Positions 30,107 through 37,436 of a DNA stretch of 64,000 nt are shown one piece after another. How positions within the stretch are numbered: position 1 is the first letter of the stretch; every line of letters starts with the position of its first letter. The stretch comes from Bacteroidia bacterium (GTDB lineage: Bacteria > Bacteroidota > Bacteroidia > AKYH767-A > 2013-40CM-41-45): NCBI GenBank assembly GCA_035341855.1, contig DAOQWA010000002.1, positions 17,189 through 81,188 of the forward strand, in the 5' to 3' direction. Below the pieces are notes generated by a model. That model saw only the letters and a list, made by a program, of their open reading frames with translations, had not been told where the DNA came from and searched no databases. The position numbers and the translations under genes are program-made.

Positions 30107-31324
30107 TCATACATCCTGAAGGACTGAGTCAAAGCAGAGTTGCTCATAAAACGCTGCAAGCTTTTGACCAATTACTTCGTTTGAATAATTTTCAGCAGCA
30201 AATTTTCTTCCGTTCAATCCAATTTTATGACAACGTTCCGGATCGCTGAGACAATATTCAATTTTTTCAAGAAATGATTTTGGATCATCTGCTATAAGGA
30301 TATTCTGACCATTTGTTACTTCAATTCCCTCTGCACCTATGCTTGTAGAGATGATCGTTTTGCCAAGCGCTAAACCCTGAATTATTTTTACTCTCATTCC
30401 ACTGCCTGAAAGCAAGGGTACAATCATGATCTGCTTGTCTTCCATAAAACAATTTGCATCCACTACCTTACCTTGCATTTCAACTCCGGGCACCTGAATT
30501 GCCAGCAGATCTTCAGGAAAACCTCTGCCGGCGAGATGGAGGCGAAGTGCAGGAAATTTCTTATGTATTGACGGCCAAACAGAGAACAGAAACCACCTAA
30601 TCGCTTCCTGATTTGGTAACCAGTCCATAGATCCAAGATGAAATACGGATAAATCAGGATTAAACTTTTGCAATGGATACTGTTCCATATCTATTCCCAG
30701 AGGTACAGTTAAAACAGGTCCGGAATATCCTGAATACTTAAAAACAGCGGCATCAATTTTAGTAATAGGAATGATGGCGTCAATTTTGTTGAGTACATCC
30801 ATCTCATAATTCTTCAACCTTGATGCTAGAAAAGTCAGGTACCATTTTTTGAATGGAGAAGATTCCAATTTTGACAAACGCTCCCAAATGATATGTTCAC
30901 TGTTATGCGCCCGGAGAACAATCTTCGCTTTACTGTTCTTGCGAATTACATCAATGTATGGGGTGGTGAAGAGGGTCTCAAGCTGAATTACGTCAAACTG
31001 TTCCTTTTGTAATATCGCAGTAAGGCTTTGCTCGATGTCACTGCTAAAAAATCTGTCGACATTATAAGAACTCCTGGAAAAGAAATTTTTTATTGCCCCC
31101 CTCAGGGTCACCTTGGTGTTAATTTTTTCTGTACTAAAATTAAAATCTTTTTTAAAAAAGGAAGGAAGGTCATTCGGATCGACAAAATGTTTTACGGTAT
31201 TCAATGCAAATATTTGCACATCACATCCGGAAATCTTCAAACTTTTTGCCATGTTCAGCATGGCAATATTTCCTCCGTCGAGTGGAGGAAAAGGTATACG
31301 GTGACAGATCTGAAGAATTTTCAT
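30107..31324 (-). CDS. glycosyltransferase family 4 (GT-B fold)
   Basis: N-terminus MKILQICHRIPFPPLDGG and a C-terminal EGFGLxxLEA-like region typical of GT4. Confidence 0.75.
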   Translation of the reverse strand: MKILQICHRIPFPPLDGGNIAMLNMAKSLKISGCDVQIFALNTVKHFVDPNDLPSFFKKDFNFSTEKINTKVTLRGAIKNFFSRSSYNVDRFFSSDIEQSLTAILQKEQFDVIQLETLFTTPYIDVIRKNSKAKIVLRAHNSEHIIWERLSKLESSPFKKWYLTFLASRLKNYEMDVLNKIDAIIPITKIDAAVFKYSGYSGPVLTVPLGIDMEQYPLQKFNPDLSVFHLGSMDWLPNQEAIRWFLFSVWPSIHKKFPALRLHLAGRGFPEDLLAIQVPGVEMQGKVVDANCFMEDKQIMIVPLLSGSGMRVKIIQGLALGKTIISTSIGAEGIEVTNGQNILIADDPKSFLEKIEYCLSDPERCHKIGLNGRKFAAENYSNEVIGQKLAAFYEQLCFDSVLQDV

Positions 31325-31344
31325 TCACTTATTATCTTTTTGAT

Positions 31345-32796
31345 TTAAAAGGTCTTTCTCTTTGAAAATCTCTTAATGAAACGCAGATAGGAATCACGAT
31401 CAAACAATGCAGAATCTGTTGTTGCCTTATAAGTAAGAAAAATACCTACCGGCAATAAGATGATCGAAGACATCCACATACCTTCGAAAGGTGTCAAAAC
31501 TCCTTCTCTGGCAAATTTTTCTGCACTAATAGAAATAACATGATAAGAAACAAAGAGAATGATAGAAACAACAACAGGCAATCCTAGACCTCCCTTTCTT
31601 ATAATAGCTCCCAATGGCGCTCCGATAAAAAACAAAATCAGGCATGCAAAGGAGAGTGTGAATTTTCTATGCCATTCGATCCTGTGTTTCGCTAATACCC
31701 GGGATCTTCCATCCAGATCATCAATAATATCTGAAGTAATGCTAGCCATATTTCGGGCTGACAATAATGCCGAATTCAGGATCATACCTCGCTTTTCAGG
31801 TTCAAAATTTTTCAGGATATCGTCTTCTTTTAGCTCCAGCACCGATGAATAATTCATTTTATTCATGGAGTCAGGAACAATTGCATAGCTAATCTTTGCC
31901 CGATGGTATAAATCCTCTAATTTTTGATCAAGTTTATTCTCAATACTATCAGCAGCCTGCTCTAACTGGCCTAGATTCAGCATCTGATAATTGTCTTTAA
32001 ACAGTTGCTCATTTGTTCTGGTCATTTTAAACGAACTGAGATCAAAACGAACGACTTGCTGTTCAAATTCCGACCTCATCAAAGGCCTGTTATTTTTACC
32101 CGGAGAGCTCGGCTTTTCTTCATAGCTGGTGCCGTTATTTAATGTAAGAATGAGGAATCTTTCATCGTCAGACATCACCATCGAACCGGATTCAGCCATG
32201 ATGAGATTAGTATTCCCACGGTTCTCCCGATGGTCATAAATCATTATATCGTGTAAAGTTTTCCCGTCGGAACTTTTCTCACCGATCTTGATCGAGTAAC
32301 CATCTATGCCGTTATAGAAAACACCCTCCTTGATATAAAGTGCAGGTTTTTGTTGACGAACATCGTATAAGAGAGCATTCATTTTTAAATTTGCCATAGG
32401 TAATATGACGTTTGAAAAGAAAAATGCCGTAATACAAATTAAAATGGCAGTAACTATCAGCGGTCGCATAATTCTCTGTAGAGACATGCCGGCTGATTTA
32501 CAGGCTGTGATCTCAAAATGTTCAGCCATATTACCAAATGTCATGATGGATGATAATAATATGGCTAATGGTAAAGCAAGAGGTACCAAAGTAATCGAAA
32601 CATACACCATTAATTTACCGATGATAATCCAGTCCAGACCTTTACCTACCAGATCATCGATATATTTCCAGAGAAATTGCATCAACAAAACAAACAGGGA
32701 TATTAGGAAGGTCAGGACCATAGGACCTGCAAAAGCACGAAGTACGAGGAGAGTTAATTTCTTCACACTATCTTTGACAAAAAGAAAACGGTGCAA
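31345..32796 (-). CDS. LptF/LptG family permease (YjgP/YjgQ)
   Basis: KKLTLLVLRAFAGPMVLTF N-terminal pattern, 6-TM topology with periplasmic beta-jellyroll, 483 aa. Confidence 0.8.
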   Translation of the reverse strand: MHRFLFVKDSVKKLTLLVLRAFAGPMVLTFLISLFVLLMQFLWKYIDDLVGKGLDWIIIGKLMVYVSITLVPLALPLAILLSSIMTFGNMAEHFEITACKSAGMSLQRIMRPLIVTAILICITAFFFSNVILPMANLKMNALLYDVRQQKPALYIKEGVFYNGIDGYSIKIGEKSSDGKTLHDIMIYDHRENRGNTNLIMAESGSMVMSDDERFLILTLNNGTSYEEKPSSPGKNNRPLMRSEFEQQVVRFDLSSFKMTRTNEQLFKDNYQMLNLGQLEQAADSIENKLDQKLEDLYHRAKISYAIVPDSMNKMNYSSVLELKEDDILKNFEPEKRGMILNSALLSARNMASITSDIIDDLDGRSRVLAKHRIEWHRKFTLSFACLILFFIGAPLGAIIRKGGLGLPVVVSIILFVSYHVISISAEKFAREGVLTPFEGMWMSSIILLPVGIFLTYKATTDSALFDRDSYLRFIKRFSKRKTF

Positions 32797-33414
32797 GTTA
32801 CAAAATTGGAATTTACTCCTGAGGAATTAGAAGTTTTGAATAACGGGCAATTTTTTGCTGTTAAATTGTCTGCTACCAGGAAGATCATGTCAATTTTCGG
32901 ACAGCTTGAAAAAGAATTAAAAGATGAGCTGAAAGTCAGAGATTTTAGGCAGAACGAGGGCATCAACATAGATTCCGGAAAAATATTCAGAGGTGAAAAT
33001 TACCTCAATTTACCTTATATCTTGCTTGATTTTCCGAGATTGTTTAATACGAAGTCCGTGTTTGCATACCGGAATATGTTTTGGTGGGCACATGGGTTTT
33101 CATTTACTCTCCATTTACAAGGAGATGCCTGGGAAAGAAGAAGGAATAGTATTCAGAAAAGGATTCACAAGCTAAAAGGACAGGACTTTCTGATTTGCGT
33201 GAATGAGTCACCTTGGCAATATCATTTTGATGCAACAAATTATATCGATCTTGACATTTTTCTTGAGCAAGGTAGAGTAGAAACTCTAAGTACCAAGGGC
33301 TTCATTAAACTATGTACCCGATTTGAGACAGCCAGGCATGAGAAAGTAATAGCCGCTTCGAAAAGTACTTTTAGAAAGCTGATAAATTTGACTGAAGATC
33401 AGGATCCGATATGA
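32791..33414 (+). CDS. hypothetical protein
   Basis: 207-aa ORF with no recognised motif. True start may be the internal MSIFGQ, which would remove the 6-nt 5' overlap with the divergent lptF/G-like gene. Confidence 0.45.
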   Translation: MQVTKLEFTPEELEVLNNGQFFAVKLSATRKIMSIFGQLEKELKDELKVRDFRQNEGINIDSGKIFRGENYLNLPYILLDFPRLFNTKSVFAYRNMFWWAHGFSFTLHLQGDAWERRRNSIQKRIHKLKGQDFLICVNESPWQYHFDATNYIDLDIFLEQGRVETLSTKGFIKLCTRFETARHEKVIAASKSTFRKLINLTEDQDPI

Positions 33415-33890
33415 TGCATGAGACTATGGATCTGACTATTCCAAAGTAACATGTCTTCTTCTTTTTCATCCGGAGTGGAAAAGTCTGTCACAATCAGCGC
33501 AACGTCTGAAGTGATTTCGTCCTGTACAATTTCAAATTGAAAGTAGGTATCATCATCTACCTGATCAGTTTCATCGATCCACTTGAAGCGGATCATCTGA
33601 TTATCCTTTTTACTCACAATTCGTGCACGTTGTTCGCTGCCTTCCCAGGTAAAAATAAGATCACCTTCACGAATATTCACCTTATCGGCAAACCACTCTT
33701 CGAGGCCGCTGGCATTGCTCAAATAATTATATAAAATCTTTGGGGATGATTTTATCTCAAACTCTAAAGAGTATTTAACTTTATTCGTTGTCTTTGACTC
33801 GGTCTTCACGATTGATATAAATAAAATATAAAATGAATTAGTCCCGGCATCAGCCAGAGCGTCAATATAGCGATTATTTACTATTTTCAA
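33399..33890 (-). CDS. SRPBCC/START-like (AHSA1-like) domain protein
   Basis: EWFADKV...GDLIFTW...IRFKW pattern typical of the Bacteroidetes START-like fold. N-terminal extension uncertain. Confidence 0.5.
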   Translation of the reverse strand: MKIVNNRYIDALADAGTNSFYILFISIVKTESKTTNKVKYSLEFEIKSSPKILYNYLSNASGLEEWFADKVNIREGDLIFTWEGSEQRARIVSKKDNQMIRFKWIDETDQVDDDTYFQFEIVQDEITSDVALIVTDFSTPDEKEEDMLLWNSQIHSLMHHIGS

Positions 33891-33950
33891 TTCAAAAAAA
33901 TTGGTCTTTTTTTTAGTTCTGAATTTTGGATTACCTTCGGCACCCTCAAT

Positions 33951-34694
33951 ATGGCATTAATTCACTCCCTCGAAAATGATGGCAACTGGCTCTTTAAGCG
34001 AAGAGGGCAGATTCCGGTAGTTCTCTTCATTCTGGCTATTCCGGCTGTTTATGTGACGAATTATGATGATTTTGACCCCCGTATAGCCAGCTTCTTAAAC
34101 TACTCAGCTGCCATTTTAAGTATTTTGGGAGCAGTAATCAGGGCATATACTATTGGTACCACACCTCGGGGCACTTCAGGAAGGAACACCCATGCGCAAG
34201 TAGCAGAGAGCCTTAACACAAGTGGTATTTATTCTATTGTGAGACATCCTTTGTATCTGGGAAACTATCTCATGTGGATAGGCATAGTATTATTCACCAG
34301 GAATATTGAATTTACGATCATCGTAAGTTTATTGTACTGGATCTACTACGAAAGAATAATGTTTGCCGAAGAAAGGTTTCTTGAACGAAAATTTGGCGAC
34401 GTTTATTTGGATTGGTCAAAAAAAGTACCGGCATTTTTTCCAAAGATTTCTCAGTTTAGAAAAAGTGAAACCGGCTTTTCAATGAAGAGCGTGTTAAGAC
34501 GAGAATATTCAGGGATTCTGGCCACAGTGTTCGGTTTTCTCTATGTCGAACTGCTAATGTCCTGGTTCAGATGGGAAACAATTTCCATAGGAAAAAATCT
34601 CATTTATTTATTCATCGCAACGCTACTGATTACCATAGTTTTGCGAACGTTAAAACACAACACCAAACTTCTGGAAGAAGAAGGAAGATCTTAA
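33951..34694 (+). CDS. isoprenylcysteine carboxyl methyltransferase (ICMT)-family membrane methyltransferase
   Basis: Multi-TM protein with RHPLYLGNYLMW and EExxLxxxFG motifs. Confidence 0.7.
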   Translation: MALIHSLENDGNWLFKRRGQIPVVLFILAIPAVYVTNYDDFDPRIASFLNYSAAILSILGAVIRAYTIGTTPRGTSGRNTHAQVAESLNTSGIYSIVRHPLYLGNYLMWIGIVLFTRNIEFTIIVSLLYWIYYERIMFAEERFLERKFGDVYLDWSKKVPAFFPKISQFRKSETGFSMKSVLRREYSGILATVFGFLYVELLMSWFRWETISIGKNLIYLFIATLLITIVLRTLKHNTKLLEEEGRS

Positions 34695-34745
34695 ATATTT
34701 CTTGGCAGAAATAAAATCAATGTTCATATTTGCAGCCCCAAAGAC

Positions 34746-34819
34746 GGCGAGGTAGCTCAGATGGTTAGAGCGCAGGATTCATAACCCTGAGGTCGGGGGT
34801 TCGACTCCCCCTTTCGCTA
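34746..34819 (+). tRNA. tRNA with CAU anticodon (Met, or Ile2 if lysidinylated)
   Basis: Manual cloverleaf fold: GGCGAGG acceptor, GCTC/GAGC D-stem, anticodon loop TTCATAA with U33 and A37, T-loop TTCGACT between GGGGG/CCCCC. Acceptor stem carries three G.U pairs and the anticodon stem an A31.C39 mismatch. Confidence 0.75.
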
Positions 34820-34828
34820 CTTATTTTT

Positions 34829-34871
34829 AGTGCACTGTGTAAAGTTACTGTATACAGTGCACTTTTTTTTT
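34829..34871 (+). terminator. rho-independent terminator downstream of the tRNA
   Basis: AGTGCACTGT-N15-ACAGTGCACT perfect 10-bp stem followed by T9. Confidence 0.8.
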
Positions 34872-35332
34872 AATTCTTAGGATATCAATTTTCGAGAGAA
34901 TTATTTTCCATTCATTCCAATTTAATCTTGTTCGCCGGAACTAATACAGTTCTGGTTTTATAGAATTCACTCCGTTTTTTCAGGAGGAATTCAACACCAC
35001 AAATGTTTATCACTAAGTGAAGGAGAACTGTAAGTAAACAGGAAGCTGATCCCGGCCAAAGCAAACTCCAGGGATCCTTGAAAACCTCCTTAAAAGTTCA
35101 GGCTTAAACCTTTTTTAGAAAATAATCTGCAAATGGTGAGATACCCGATGTCTTCAATTCAATTTTTCTGTACTGCAATGTGCGGGGTAGAGGAGACTAT
35201 GTAATCCGTCCATCCTTTTATCTAAAACTATCAGCTAAAATGAACATGACTTATAAATATTCTAAAAAGTAACAGATAAACTTCCAATTAAATCTGCCCA
35301 TTACGCTTCACAATGAAATTTGAAATAAAAAA

Positions 35333-35359
35333 AACCCGGTCTAAAGCCGGGTTTTTTTT
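35333..35359 (-). terminator. rho-independent terminator of the histone-like gene (bidirectional hairpin)
   Basis: AACCCGG-tctaaag-CCGGGTT stem flanked by an A-run on one side and a T-run on the other. Confidence 0.7.
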
Positions 35360-35370
35360 ATAATTGAAAA

Positions 35371-35574
35371 TTACATTCCTGTGCCGCCCGGCTGAGGAGT
35401 GTCACTTTTCTTAGCTGCCTGAATAGCGTCACGCATATCCTGACACGCACGCTTAATATCCTGTAGTCCTTTGCGTACACGAGTTCCGGCAGCAGCATTA
35501 CCTTTCTCTGCAAATTTGATTACATCTTCTTCAATCGCTGCGACGAGCATTTTAATTTTTTCGTATTCTTTCAT
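35371..35574 (-). CDS. histone H1-like DNA-binding protein (Bacteroidetes small basic protein)
   Basis: 67 aa. EKGNAAAGTRVRKGLQDIKRACQDMR matches the conserved KGNKAAGTRARK core of Bacteroidetes histone-H1-like proteins. Confidence 0.75.
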   Translation of the reverse strand: MKEYEKIKMLVAAIEEDVIKFAEKGNAAAGTRVRKGLQDIKRACQDMRDAIQAAKKSDTPQPGGTGM

Positions 35575-35650
35575 TGTCGTTTTTTTTTAAAGATTAATGT
35601 TGAATTGATTAGGAGCTAATTTATTTAGGTTCAGTTTGACTATACAGAAT

Positions 35651-36892
35651 TTAAAATGCAGCAATCTTGTCAGACATATACTCGCCGGCTTTCAACTTCA
35701 CATAAGCTTTTTTAAAGGCATCTATTGTGTACTCTACATCCTTCAAAGTATGTGCAGCAGTCGGAATTAATCGAAGGATGATAACATCTTTAGGTACGAC
35801 AGGATAAACTACGACAGAGCAGAAAATGTCAAAATTTTCCCGTAAGTCATAGATCAGATTTGTTGCTTCACCAATACTTCCATTCATAAATACCGGAGTT
35901 ACCGGACTCTGAGTCTTACCTATATTAAATCCTGCATTCTTTAGTCCTGTCTGTAATGCATTGACGATTGTCCAAAGGTCATCTTTCAATGACGGATTGC
36001 TGCGTAACAATTCCAGGCGTTTAAGAGCTCCCATGACCAGGGGTGATGGGAGAGTCTTGGCAAAAATTTGCGAGCGCATATTGTATCGAAGGTATTCGAC
36101 AACATCTTCATTACTGGAAATGAACCCACCTATCATTGACATGCTTTTTGCGAAAGTAGAGAAGTAGATGTCTATTCCATCTTGAACACCTTGTTCTTCT
36201 CCTGTCCCTGCACCGGTTTTACCCATGGTACCAAATCCGTGAGCATCATCTACAAAAAGACGAAAATCGAATCGTTCTTTCAAGGCTACGATCTCTTTTA
36301 ATCTTCCCATATCTCCACTCATTCCAAATACACCTTCAGTGATCAAAAGTATAGCACCTCCGGTTTCCTTCACTATTCGTCTTGCCCGCTCTAATTGCTT
36401 TGCACAGTTTTCGATATCATTATGTGGAAACACAAATCTCTTACCCATGTGAAGACGAACTCCATCAATAATACAAGCATGACTTTCGCTGTCATAAACA
36501 ATTACGTCGTGTCGGTCAACCAGACAATCAATTGCAGAGACCATTCCCTGGTAACCGAAGTTCAATAGTATTGTATCGTCCTTTTTGACAAAAGCCGATA
36601 GTTCATTTTCGAGCTGTTCATGATGATTTGTATTGCCCGACATCATTCTGGCTCCCATAGGAGAGGCAAAGCCATATTCAGCAGCGGCATCAGTATCGGC
36701 TTTTCGAACTTCAGGATGATTTGCCAGGCCGAGATAATTATTTAGGCTCCAAATCAAACGTTCTTTTCCTCTGAACATCATCCTGGTCCCGATATCACCT
36801 TCCAGCTTCGGGAAAGTGAAGTATCCATGAGATTCTTTCGCATGCTGACCTAATGGTCCACGGTTCTTCTTTAGTTTTTCGAATAAATCCAC
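35651..36892 (-). CDS. alpha-oxoamine synthase family PLP enzyme, serine palmitoyltransferase-like (Spt/Kbl/BioF family)
   Basis: PLP lysine context FSTFAKSMSMIGG, glycine-rich GVFGMSGD and VDDAHGFG motifs. Confidence 0.8.
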   Translation of the reverse strand: MDLFEKLKKNRGPLGQHAKESHGYFTFPKLEGDIGTRMMFRGKERLIWSLNNYLGLANHPEVRKADTDAAAEYGFASPMGARMMSGNTNHHEQLENELSAFVKKDDTILLNFGYQGMVSAIDCLVDRHDVIVYDSESHACIIDGVRLHMGKRFVFPHNDIENCAKQLERARRIVKETGGAILLITEGVFGMSGDMGRLKEIVALKERFDFRLFVDDAHGFGTMGKTGAGTGEEQGVQDGIDIYFSTFAKSMSMIGGFISSNEDVVEYLRYNMRSQIFAKTLPSPLVMGALKRLELLRSNPSLKDDLWTIVNALQTGLKNAGFNIGKTQSPVTPVFMNGSIGEATNLIYDLRENFDIFCSVVVYPVVPKDVIILRLIPTAAHTLKDVEYTIDAFKKAYVKLKAGEYMSDKIAAF

Positions 36893-36952
36893 CTTGATAT
36901 GTTGGTTTTGATTGTTTTTAAAAATAAATTAATTTTAAATTCATTCATGAAA

Positions 36953-37071
36953 ATCGAAATAAGATCAAACTCAAACTTTATTTTTCGCTAAATCGAATTC
37001 CAATAAACACATTTTTTTTGATCGAATTTAAACAAAAGTAAGTATTTTGACTTTAAACCAAAGAATTCGAC
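36953..37071. promoter_or_regulatory. array of ATCGAAWT repeats in the promoter region upstream of the SPT-like gene
   Basis: ATCGAAAT (36953), ATCGAATT (36993), ATCGAATT (37021) and an inverted GAATTCGA (37064), all in a 540-bp AT-rich divergent intergenic region. Confidence 0.25.
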
Positions 37072-37436
37072 CAAATTCTGAAGAAATTAATTAACAGGCT
37101 TAATTGCCCAAAAACGAAGGCTTCCGTTGCAATTAATATCAGCAAACTTAGCAAATCTACTTTAGATAATTATATCTATATATCTTATAACTAGGTGAAT
37201 ACAATTTATTCTCAACAAATGCTTCAAGTCATTGAAATCCGGAATTTAGGCTATCAACCTTAACATTTTTTCAAATCGGTTGAAAACTCACAAAAAGCCT
37301 GAAGTGATTTTTAGGCATGATTTCTCTGAAAACTGATTATAATTTGAATGTCATATTCCGGAATAGGTATTCTTAATAATAGAAGAATACTTGTGTATAT
37401 CGTGGAATCATTCGTTCTTGCACAAAAAAAAAATAA

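Noticed and set aside
34746-36000. Integrated mobile element or genomic island at the tRNA gene
   Set aside because: No integrase, transposase or phage genes follow the tRNA. I could not see a direct repeat of the tRNA 3' end downstream. The neighbouring genes (histone-like, SPT-like) look like core Bacteroidetes genes.
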